Shown piece by piece: positions 51,480 through 60,575 of a stretch of DNA of 64,000 nucleotides. How positions within the stretch are numbered: the first letter of the stretch is position 1; each line of letters begins with the position of its first letter. The translations under genes were made by a program, and so were the position numbers. Below the pieces are notes generated by a model. It was given only the letters and a program-made list of their open reading frames with translations, ran no database searches and was not told the DNA's origin. The DNA is from Nitrospirales bacterium (GTDB taxonomy: Bacteria; Nitrospirota; Nitrospiria; Nitrospirales; UBA8639): the NCBI GenBank assembly GCA_963422365.1, contig OY729426.1:224001-288000 (forward strand), written 5' to 3'.

Positions 51480-52244
51480 GTGTCATCCTTTCCTGAAACC
51501 TTCATGATTAATCCTCACTGCCAAGTGTCTATTGACCATATAGGCCTAGGCCACCACAAGGTCGTCATGGTCGACCAGTTTTATCAGTACCCCGACAAGG
51601 TCCTGCAGGTGGCGTTAGGGCTTCCTTATACAGATCAATTCGAGATTGTCGGTAACTTTCCCGGCGTTCGGGCTTCGGTGAATGTCGATACCGAACCAAT
51701 CGTGGATGCAATCAGTGACTTCTGGGGCATACGTCTGCACCCGTTTTTTCATCCACAGCCAGTGGTGTTCCAAGGCATCACCAACCAGAAGTTCCGACTC
51801 AATGTCGGGCAACGTCAGCCCCATATCGATCAAGACATTACCGCCATGGTCTACCTGAACCCTGCCGAATCCTGCATGGGAGGAACCGGCCTGTACCGTC
51901 ATATTCCAACGGGATTAGAACGCGTGCCCATCGTTCCCGATGAGGGGATTCGTGAGCTGGCCGATCGCCTGGAACTCAGTGATGAATTTCTCAGCAGTGC
52001 GGAGGGATATGACAATTTTCAAAACAGTATGATTTTTAATCCCTTGTTTGCCAACCGAGACAATACCTATATCAACGACGGGAACGGCTATTGGGAACTC
52101 CTCTTCCTCATCCACATGAAACCCAATCGTCTGATCATTTTCGATGGACGCTGTTTTCATTCACAGCACATTACGACTGAGCAGTACACCCAAGCCTTCC
52201 GGGTCAATCAAGTCTGCTACCTCAGTCAAAAGCCCCGATCCTGA
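51480..52244 (+). CDS. DUF6445-family (2OG/Fe(II) oxygenase-like) protein
   Basis: VDQFYQYPD, FPGVR, PHID, VYLNP, GGTGLYRH, NRLIIFDG..FHS, terminal R. Confidence 0.75.
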   Translation: MSSFPETFMINPHCQVSIDHIGLGHHKVVMVDQFYQYPDKVLQVALGLPYTDQFEIVGNFPGVRASVNVDTEPIVDAISDFWGIRLHPFFHPQPVVFQGITNQKFRLNVGQRQPHIDQDITAMVYLNPAESCMGGTGLYRHIPTGLERVPIVPDEGIRELADRLELSDEFLSSAEGYDNFQNSMIFNPLFANRDNTYINDGNGYWELLFLIHMKPNRLIIFDGRCFHSQHITTEQYTQAFRVNQVCYLSQKPRS

Positions 52245-52268
52245 TCCCCGCGTTGGATCGTTGATCCG

Positions 52269-53612
52269 CTAGGCTTCCTCGCCCTGAAGATAGGTTTTGC
52301 CCTTGTATCGTTTGGCCACCGCGAGAAAGAGAATCGACACGCCGAACATGACCAACGTAAAGAACCAATAATAATCCGCGCCTTCCAGCCTCACGCTGCC
52401 GTCCTCGTTCTGAATGAAATGGTTCACCAATGAGGTAAAGGCATTCCCCAAGGACACCGAGAAGAGAAAGAGCGCCATCACAAAAGATTTCAAGGCCCGG
52501 GGCGCCTGGGTATAGGAAAATTCCAAACACGTGATCGAGACCATGACCTCCGCTGTGGTGATCACCACAAACGCGACAATTTGCCAGACAATATTCGGCC
52601 GCAGCCCCGAGGCAATCTGCATCTCAATCACCGCCGAAATCACAAAGGCGATGGCGGTGATAAAAAACCCGATGCTGATCTTCCGCAAGGGCGTTAAAGA
52701 AAACACCTTGTCAATGGAGGGATAGAGCCCGTAGGCAAAAAGCGGAATGAGGAGCATAATCAAAAAAGGATTGACAAACTGAATTTGCGACGGCAGCCAT
52801 TCCACCCCCATCCAATGTAAATCCATCTTTCTTGCTTGGAGGACCCAAGCCGACCCTGTTTGGTCATAGAGCGCCCAAAAAAATGCCACAAATAGATAAA
52901 TCGGCGTGAGACGCCACATGGCCAGCAAACTGTCGCGTGTCAAGAATGCCTGAAGAAACGTTCTGCCCTCGGCGGGAATATGCACGTATTCTCGCCGCCC
53001 CAACCAAAACACCCACGTCGCAATCAGCATCAACAACCCTGGCACTCCAAAGGCCAGATGGGGCCCGATATGGTGAAGAAGCCACGGAGTCAAGAGCGTT
53101 GAAAGCCCCGCGCCGAAATTGATTGCAAAATAAAACCAGTAAAAGGCTTTGCCGAGTAAATGACTGTTGGCTGAACTAAACTGATCTCCGAGGTTGGCAG
53201 AGACACAGGGTTTAATCCCTCCGGAACCCACGGCGATCAGCGTAAGACCTACCGCTAATCCGACCCTGGTGTGATCCATCGCGAGGGCTACATGTCCCAA
53301 ACAATACACCAGAGACAAGGACATAATCGTTCGGTACTTCCCCAGCCAGATATCCGCAATCAGGGCCCCGATCGCCGGGAAAAAATACACCGCAGAAGTA
53401 AAAAGATGATAATAGGAACGCGCTTCGGGTTCACTCATCACACCCAGGGCACCATCCGTATTTTGGAGATATTGGATCATAAAGATGACCAGAATGGTTC
53501 GCATACCATAAAAACTAAACCGCTCGGCGGCTTCGTTCACGATCAGGAACGGAAGGCAAGCCGGCATATGGTCCAAGAGTGCGGGTTCGGTACGGTATCG
53601 AATGTTGCTCAT
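52269..53612 (-). CDS. POT/PTR-family proton-dependent oligopeptide transporter
   Basis: EAAERFSFYG, GSGGIKPCV, FYFAINFG, LEFSYTQAP. Confidence 0.95.
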   Translation of the reverse strand: MSNIRYRTEPALLDHMPACLPFLIVNEAAERFSFYGMRTILVIFMIQYLQNTDGALGVMSEPEARSYYHLFTSAVYFFPAIGALIADIWLGKYRTIMSLSLVYCLGHVALAMDHTRVGLAVGLTLIAVGSGGIKPCVSANLGDQFSSANSHLLGKAFYWFYFAINFGAGLSTLLTPWLLHHIGPHLAFGVPGLLMLIATWVFWLGRREYVHIPAEGRTFLQAFLTRDSLLAMWRLTPIYLFVAFFWALYDQTGSAWVLQARKMDLHWMGVEWLPSQIQFVNPFLIMLLIPLFAYGLYPSIDKVFSLTPLRKISIGFFITAIAFVISAVIEMQIASGLRPNIVWQIVAFVVITTAEVMVSITCLEFSYTQAPRALKSFVMALFLFSVSLGNAFTSLVNHFIQNEDGSVRLEGADYYWFFTLVMFGVSILFLAVAKRYKGKTYLQGEEA

Positions 53613-54452
53613 GACGAAACCATGGCTCCCACGCGGCTCACGACTGCCCTAGGCACCACAGACGATTGTATTCCGATAGGAAGGGGTGATCTGGTCCTGC
53701 AAGAAAATAACGGGTTCTGTATAGCACAGATCGACTTTTGAGGGGAAAAACCCCTGAACGACGCATGGAAAATCTTTGGCGCTGCAGACAATCTGACCAA
53801 CATGACTATGGATGTGCTCAACGTATTTTCAACGAAGCAGCCGAGAAGGTGATACTGGCACAGGCTCAGTAGGGACATCAGCGGGGGATGAGAAATGGCT
53901 AAAGGAGACTACTTGGTCGGATGCTTGTGTCGACGGCAAGGCCACGGGCAGTTTACCTCCGACCTTCAGTTTATTTCCTCCGGCCTTGAGAAGACTATCT
54001 ACGCCTTTGAGCAAAGAAACTTCAAGGGCGAGTGGCACGACGGCGAGCCACACGGCTGCAAAGAGTAGTTTCAGGGTGAACGGATTCCTCTTGCCCCATC
54101 ATGAGAACTCCCGATTGCTGACCGCGCGGAAAGAGGGAAAATCACGTGCGACCAAGCTGACGTGAGCATGAGCCGCAAATCCCGGGTGTCGGACGGCCTT
54201 GTCCGCACGTTCGGAAACGGGAATTCGGCCGAGAGCTACCTCTTTATGCTCCTGATCCCATTCCTCTTCTTCTATCGGACCATCCTCCGCCATCTGGGAA
54301 AGAGAATCGACGCGTCATAGGGGTAAGGTCCTCGATACGCCCATGCCCTCGTGCCCGATCGACACCGGTCCACGCCTCGATCTGCCGGCCACGTGGCCAT
54401 CCAAGGCGTCCTCAATTGACTCGCGCTTGGCAGGTCGGCTAGGATTCCAGCC

Positions 54453-54694
54453 ATGAACGAAGCCATTGCCTTTGATACTCACCGGTTCCTCAAACACTTG
54501 ACGGAAAGTGGCTTCACCGAGCAACACCGAGGCCCTTGCCACTGAACAAGTCCATCTACTCAATAGCAACTTGGCGACCAAGACCGAACTCAAGGTCGCT
54601 ATCGCGTCCCTCAAAGTCGAACTGCTCAAGTGGATGTTCGGCGCCATGATTGTCCGGGTCGGGCTGTTTGTCGCACGGGTCGAACTGCTTGTGA
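54453..54694 (+). pseudogene. Second DUF1640/CCDC90-like gene, frameshifted
   Basis: MNEAIAFDTHRFLKHLTESGFTEQ | EALATEQVHLLNSNLATKTEL...LLKWMFGAM. Confidence 0.75.
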
Positions 54695-54937
54695 CCTGGC
54701 TGGGCTTAGCGTTTCACCGTTTTCATTCCCGTCACCTGATCTCAAACGTCGGATAACCGCTATCGTTTCAACTCGCAGAAATCGAAATTTCTGACTTTAT
54801 GGGATGAAAGATTATTAATTTTCGTGGTCATCATCTTTGGTCAAGGTGATTCTGGAGTCGTCAATCATCGTAGGCGCTACTCTCAAGGTGACAAGTCTCG
54901 GTGGAGTCTCACGCAGCCTCAGGTTTCAGGTCCCAAG

Positions 54938-55330
54938 GACATTACCATTTGGTCTCTTGCAGAGGCCAATCCATTTCGACCTGCCGCCCACAGTAAAAGC
55001 AGGCAATGCGATACAGGGCTTTTCGACGAGGATTGGGGAGAGAAGTAAAGACCACAGGAGCGTACAGCGGCTAGAGGTGCAGAAGGTGTTCATCGATAAG
55101 TGCCTGCAATTCGGTCTCCTCCCACTGCGTTGCGCCTTCAGCCTGTCCACGGACACGATCGTCCCACCCGCATACATCACATCGAAGATGGTACGTCTTC
55201 ACTCGATCTTGAGGGTGAGAGACGTCGGGTACAGTCCACATGTCCTGGCCAAGCCGTCTGAAGACACGTGAGGCGCTTCATGCTGAAGCGCCTTGATAAA
55301 CGTGTCAGGAGTCGTCATCGTTCCCCTCAT
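54938..55330 (-). pseudogene. Decayed small protein with two CxxC motifs
   Basis: MWTVPDV..YHLRCDVCGW...HL*PLYAP...IACFYCGRQ (in-frame TAG and an upstream frameshift). Confidence 0.5.
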
Positions 55331-55443
55331 CTTCCACAGAAGAACCCGAAAGTAAAAACAACTCAAATCTCATCATAAGCCGCTGGTTCCCTGTAACCCA
55401 AGCTGAAGATGAGAGCCGGTGGGAAAACCCTAGGCTTTATACC

Positions 55444-55713
55444 CTAGGTTTTATGAAAACTGATGTGGTGTTTGTATTCCTGAATGGCTGCTCGTAAAGA
55501 GGATTTGCCGAGGGGGATATTTGCGTCAAGCGTTTCCTCAATCGTGGGATCGTCGATGACCACGTCATACTTCTCTTGCACATTGGTCAGGATCACCCCT
55601 TTGTCAACCTGCCGAGGCAGAAAAATTTCCAGCCACACTTCTTTTTCAACGAGACAGACTTCGCAAAAACGCTCATACAACATTTCTAATCGTTCGTAAT
55701 CTGTTTCTTTCAT
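55444..55713 (-). CDS. Hypothetical protein
   Basis: 89-aa ORF directly after the FG-GAP gene. Confidence 0.7.
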   Translation of the reverse strand: MKETDYERLEMLYERFCEVCLVEKEVWLEIFLPRQVDKGVILTNVQEKYDVVIDDPTIEETLDANIPLGKSSLRAAIQEYKHHISFHKT

Positions 55714-55716
55714 ATG

Positions 55717-57210
55717 TCAGCCTTTGACTGTTCCGCTTAGGGTCACAATTCGTGGGCCACCTGGCGCATTGTCGAAAATACGCAGCAGCGCCTGATGCAG
55801 GCCAGGCGCCGTACTCTCGAAGTGAATATGCAACGCACAGAGTTCTCCCGTGGTCAGGGTGGCCCCGGCACAGGATTCCTGGTCAACGGAAAAGGCCTGA
55901 GATCCCTCCAAGACAATATCGGCTATACTCAAGGAGCCGAGCCCCACGTTGGAGACGGTTAATTGAAGCGTCCGTTGAGCCGGCGCGTTGAAGTCCTCTG
56001 CAAACCGGATGGTGTCGGCACTCAAATTGATAGAAGGAATGACCGCCTTTCCGCTCAAAAGAATCGACACATCATCAGATCCACTGTTGGCCGTCACAAT
56101 ATCGGGCAACCCATCATTATCAAAATCCTCGATACCCATGGCGGTTGGAATAGATCCCACGGCATAGTGCCCGGCGGGCTGAAACGAACCATCTCCGCGG
56201 CCTAAGAGGATGGAGGTACTATGGGAGGCCCGATTGGTGGAAATCAGGTCACGATGACCGTCACCATCTAAATCTTTGTAGCCCAACGCCACGGGGCTGA
56301 ACCCTACCTCCACGTTTGCGGGTTTCGTGTACTGGCCGGGGCGTCGCTGAAGAAGCACCTTGATGCTATCGGTAAACAAACTGGTCACCATGAGATCGAG
56401 ATTTCCATCGGCATCCAAATCCGTTTGCGTCACGGCGCTTAACGTAAACCCCGCTTGAATCTTTTGCCAGGAGGAAAAAGCACCCCGCCCTTGATTCTGA
56501 AATACGGACACATATCCATTCGGCGTCCGCCAACTCGGCTGGCTCCACGTCAACGTGACATCCGGCAACCCATCGTCATTGAGATCCGCCAGTGAGGCAC
56601 CGGTGGGGAACAAACCATCCCGGTTTTGCTCTTCAACGTGTTGAGTCAGCACAAAATCTCCCTGCCCTTTATTCAACAAGACCGACCAACTAAACGGGGG
56701 ATAATTTCCGAATCGTCCGCTGTTGACGACGACCATATCCAAATCTTCATCCCCGTCAACGTCACCCAATACGAGAAAAGTCGGCCCCTTCCCTGAGGGA
56801 TACGGCACGGGTTCGTCGAATAGGCCATTCCCTTTTCCAAACAGGACGATGACGCGATCGGCTCCGGTCTCGGCCACGGCCAGATCCAATTTTCCATCCA
56901 GGTTAAGATCTCCTGACGTAAGAAACATGGGACTCTCTCCCACACCAAAGGAATAGCCTGATCGAAACGTGCCGTTTCCGTTCCCTAGTAACACTGAGAC
57001 ATCATCCGAATCGCTATTCGCCGTGGCAATATCCAGCCGTCCGTCTTCATTGAAATCTCCAACCGTGAGCCCCTCCGGATGCGCACCGACACGCGCCGAC
57101 AAGACCGGGGTCAAGACAAGGTTCTGCGCAAGGACGTGACCGGCCCCGGCCAGCACCAACACGCTGCCTATCAGACATTTTTTGAATACGCGTCCTGTGC
57201 ACTCGATCAT
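55717..57210 (-). CDS. Secreted FG-GAP/VCBS beta-propeller protein with C-terminal Ig-like (ASH/choice-of-anchor D) domain
   Basis: Seven DxxxDGxxD repeats; C-terminal LTVSNVG...FSV..SCAG..LC..F. Confidence 0.9.
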   Translation of the reverse strand: MIECTGRVFKKCLIGSVLVLAGAGHVLAQNLVLTPVLSARVGAHPEGLTVGDFNEDGRLDIATANSDSDDVSVLLGNGNGTFRSGYSFGVGESPMFLTSGDLNLDGKLDLAVAETGADRVIVLFGKGNGLFDEPVPYPSGKGPTFLVLGDVDGDEDLDMVVVNSGRFGNYPPFSWSVLLNKGQGDFVLTQHVEEQNRDGLFPTGASLADLNDDGLPDVTLTWSQPSWRTPNGYVSVFQNQGRGAFSSWQKIQAGFTLSAVTQTDLDADGNLDLMVTSLFTDSIKVLLQRRPGQYTKPANVEVGFSPVALGYKDLDGDGHRDLISTNRASHSTSILLGRGDGSFQPAGHYAVGSIPTAMGIEDFDNDGLPDIVTANSGSDDVSILLSGKAVIPSINLSADTIRFAEDFNAPAQRTLQLTVSNVGLGSLSIADIVLEGSQAFSVDQESCAGATLTTGELCALHIHFESTAPGLHQALLRIFDNAPGGPRIVTLSGTVKG

Positions 57211-57231
57211 GACCGTCCCTCTACCCCCGGG

Positions 57232-57501
57232 TCATCCTAACAAGGATCGCTCATTTGTTGAAAATGTTTTTTCCAAAGCAATTTCCACTTCATCCGTCGC
57301 CGCCATCCCACGATTGCGAATACGCACGGACCAGGAAGGAGAGGCTCGCAGGGAAGCGACCACGGTTTTCAGCAACTCAGGTTTTACCCTGGTCTCCCAA
57401 TCGTGCAGCCAGGCATAGCCATCATCATCGCCATCGTAGTCTTCCGGGAACCCAGCGACGAGATTAAACCGAAGGGTAAATGTTTTTTCTTCTTCGAACA
57501 T
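57232..57501 (-). CDS. Hypothetical protein
   Basis: MFEEEKTFTLRF...FPEDYDGDDD...RNRG; RBS present. Confidence 0.7.
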   Translation of the reverse strand: MFEEEKTFTLRFNLVAGFPEDYDGDDDGYAWLHDWETRVKPELLKTVVASLRASPSWSVRIRNRGMAATDEVEIALEKTFSTNERSLLG

Positions 57502-57698
57502 CTCTGGTCATACCTTTCTTGTGCGACGATCAACCCCGCTGACAGTACGCTCGTCAATGTTCGCATTATTTTGAATTGATTGTCCAGGGATCACCCATGC
57601 CCACAGGCCCGGCGCTCTGGTCGAAGAGCCCCCGATCGTGAAAATGGTTGTCTGCGTTGTGAGGAAGGCTAGAAATGACGGGAGTCGCGTTGAGGAAG

Positions 57699-58538
57699 CT
57701 ACTCCCGAATATCTTGACCACGACGATCGAAATACGCCGATCGGGCAGCCCCATACAGATCGATCGTGGACTCTTCGATACCCTCAAATGTCTCAAGGTT
57801 AACGGCACGATCATTAAAGCGATTCATTGCATTGACGCCGACGTTCGGGGCAAACGGAATAAAATAATTGACAGGGTTCAGCAAAATATCGCCGACACGC
57901 CCTGCCGCATCTCGAACCGTCATGGGAGGAAGCAGTGGCAAGACCAAATAGGGCCCGGACCCAAGCCCATATGACGCAAGGGTCTGACCGGTATCTTCCA
58001 TTGGCGGGGCTTCAATCTCAAACATATATGTGGCAACATCAAAGAGACCTCCCACACCAAGGACCGTATTAAGAAGGAACCGTTGCAGTTCTATTCCGGC
58101 CCGAGCGAATTTTCCCTGAAAGAAATTATTGAGAAATCGTGATGCAAAGCCCACATTATAAAACGCATTGCCTAAAGAATCTCGAACATCGGGCGGCACA
58201 ATGAAGGAATAGACTCTGACCGTCGGCTTCATCACATAGCGATCGATATTATAGTTGAGTGTAAATGTATTCGAATTAACGGGCTCCCAAGGATCTCGAA
58301 CCGGTTCGCCCCCGGTATCGAAAGGGTCCACAAACACACCCTTGACGACCGTTTCTTCCATGAAAGGGATTTCTTCATCGCCTTTGTCGAATTCCCCGTA
58401 AGGCCTCTCTCCGCTTGAGCGGCTGGGATCACCGTCCCGTGAGGGTGGGAAATAATCCAGAGCGATCAGGTCCGCCGGAAGTCCTAAAAAGCAAAGGGCC
58501 GCAAGAGTCATGAAGGTCAAATGAAGCCGCGTCGTCAT
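57699..58538 (-). CDS. mlaA: MlaA/VacJ family protein
   Basis: DPWEPVN, RFLLNTVLGVGGLFDVA, EDTGQTL, GPYLVLPLLPP..RD. Confidence 0.92.
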   Translation of the reverse strand: MTTRLHLTFMTLAALCFLGLPADLIALDYFPPSRDGDPSRSSGERPYGEFDKGDEEIPFMEETVVKGVFVDPFDTGGEPVRDPWEPVNSNTFTLNYNIDRYVMKPTVRVYSFIVPPDVRDSLGNAFYNVGFASRFLNNFFQGKFARAGIELQRFLLNTVLGVGGLFDVATYMFEIEAPPMEDTGQTLASYGLGSGPYLVLPLLPPMTVRDAAGRVGDILLNPVNYFIPFAPNVGVNAMNRFNDRAVNLETFEGIEESTIDLYGAARSAYFDRRGQDIRE

Positions 58539-58667
58539 GAGATTCTCCTTTATCCCAAGATAATACCAAGAATGACTAGGAATCCATGCTTCCCAACGAA
58601 GGTATTCTACCCTACCCCCCCCCCGCCGTTTGGCCACTCAAAAACATCGGGGGCGTGGAGAAGATCT

Positions 58668-58877
58668 TTACTCGGAACTGCCTAACATATCATCGACCAA
58701 CGGACGGTTGATATCTTCACAACCCGGGCATAAGACATCGAACAGCGCCTCGTAGTCCTCGACGTAGCTCCGGTCGTTGGCCAATTTTTCATCTACCACG
58801 TCCTGGTAACAGGTATCACATAACATCATGATCCCACGCATAACCGAGACAGTTTTTCGACCGTAACTCCCACTCAT
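58668..58877 (-). CDS. Small acidic protein with two CxxC motifs
   Basis: CDTC...CPGC. Confidence 0.6.
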   Translation of the reverse strand: MSGSYGRKTVSVMRGIMMLCDTCYQDVVDEKLANDRSYVEDYEALFDVLCPGCEDINRPLVDDMLGSSE

Positions 58878-58969
58878 CGTCTCTACCTCTTGCCCCCATG
58901 GAACGTTGAAGCCTGATGCACCGAGGCAGGCATTGTCCCAATGCACGAGACTCCCAACCGCAGAGGCCG

Positions 58970-59164
58970 TTACGACCAGCCACGTTGCTGGGCCAGGAAA
59001 AAATCTTCTGTTTCGAGATCAAGGCCGCATTCCGGACATTCGTACGGTTGATCTGGTGGAGGGACAGACAATTCCGCATTCTGGATCTGTCCCTGACAAA
59101 CATGATAAAAATGGCCACCGGCATGTTCGGAATCTAACGGGTCGTTTTCATATTTGAGAATCAT
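58970..59164 (-). CDS. Small zinc-ribbon-like protein
   Basis: HxC...CPECG. Confidence 0.6.
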   Translation of the reverse strand: MILKYENDPLDSEHAGGHFYHVCQGQIQNAELSVPPPDQPYECPECGLDLETEDFFLAQQRGWS

Positions 59165-59249
59165 AGTCCCCTTGGCAACAGTATGTTCTTCTGAAAGTTA
59201 TAACAAGGGCAAGAAACAGTGTGCAATCCTCACAGAATCGGATGCGCCC

Positions 59250-60437
59250 ATGACAGATTCAGTGGCATGCGATCTTCCTCGACCTATTTCGGAACCTCTA
59301 GGCCTTGGAGCGCACGCACTTGTGGTTTTGACCACCGGCTTTTTGCTGTTGTCAGCGCATCCCGCGTGGGCGTTGTCTCAATCCTCTCAGCCTCCCCCCG
59401 AACGAATCACCCTTTTGCCCGTCCTCACACAAGGGCTCATAGAACCGGTATTTATCGGGCATGCGAGTGACCGCAGCCACCGGCTCTTTATTCTGGAACA
59501 GGCGGGAAGAATCAGAATCCTGGAGAACGGCACCCTGCAGCCCTCAGCATTTCTGGACATCTCCAGCCGGGTCAAAATTGGTGGGGAAATGGGGCTCCTA
59601 GGATTAGCGTTTCACCCACTATTTTCCAAAAACGGACGGCTTTTTGTCAATTACACAAGAAAACCGGATGGAGCAACCATCGTTGCCGAATTTCAGGTTT
59701 CCCAACACCCCAACCACGCCCTCCAAAACGAAAAAACCCTGGCAATCATTCCACAACCCTATGCCAATCATAACGGAGGGATGCTGGCCTTCGGGCCTGA
59801 TGGATATCTGTATATTGCCACGGGAGACGGCGGAGCAGGCGGTGATCCGGGAAATCGAGGGCAAAGCCCAAACACCCTGCTGGGCAAGATGTTACGCATT
59901 GATATTGATTGGGGAGATCCGTATGGCATTCCTCCCGACAACCCCTTTGCCGGGCAACAAAGTGGACAGGAAATCTTTGCCCTGGGCTTCCGCAATCCCT
60001 GGAGATTTTCTTTTGACCGGCATACCGGGCAATTGTGGGCTGGGGACGTGGGACAACATCGTTGGGAAGAAATCGACGTGGTGGAAGCAGGAAACAATTA
60101 TGGATGGCGCATCATGGAAGGGTCTCATTGTTTTCGGCCTACTCAAGGCTGCGCCAGGGCCGGATTGACCCTCCCCGTGGCGGAATATCGGAATCAGTGG
60201 CCAGACTGTGCCGTCACGGGGGGATACGTGTATCGTGGGAAACACATAGGGTCCCTTCAGGGAACCTATGTGTTCGGAGATTACTGCAGCGGACGGATCA
60301 TGGGCTTGATTGACGGACAACCGCAGGTCCTTCTGGCCTCGGGCTTAAAAATTTCTTCCTTTGGGGAGGATGAAGCAGGTGAACTGTACGTCGTGGATCA
60401 CGGAGGGGGCATCTACAAGATCACCCCCGGCACGTAG
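59250..60437 (+). CDS. PQQ-dependent sugar dehydrogenase (GSDH/sorbosone family)
   Basis: GEMGLLGLAFHP, NHNGGML, GFRNPWRFSFD, GNNYGW. Confidence 0.92.
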   Translation: MTDSVACDLPRPISEPLGLGAHALVVLTTGFLLLSAHPAWALSQSSQPPPERITLLPVLTQGLIEPVFIGHASDRSHRLFILEQAGRIRILENGTLQPSAFLDISSRVKIGGEMGLLGLAFHPLFSKNGRLFVNYTRKPDGATIVAEFQVSQHPNHALQNEKTLAIIPQPYANHNGGMLAFGPDGYLYIATGDGGAGGDPGNRGQSPNTLLGKMLRIDIDWGDPYGIPPDNPFAGQQSGQEIFALGFRNPWRFSFDRHTGQLWAGDVGQHRWEEIDVVEAGNNYGWRIMEGSHCFRPTQGCARAGLTLPVAEYRNQWPDCAVTGGYVYRGKHIGSLQGTYVFGDYCSGRIMGLIDGQPQVLLASGLKISSFGEDEAGELYVVDHGGGIYKITPGT

Positions 60438-60575
60438 GAAAAATTCATAGCTTCGTCTCTTGTGAAATACGTGGGACGTCTACCGTATCTTCGCAAGAAT
60501 GGGAAGCCCCGCCGCCGCCCATTCTCTAGTTGACGGAATCATTGTATCTTGTTATTCCCCCTCTACGTGTTAGAC

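Noticed and set aside
51274..51486. N-terminal extension of the decarboxylase in the ORF track
   Set aside because: A strong AAGGAG precedes the ATG at 51273, and the extension overlaps the divergent gene's leader.
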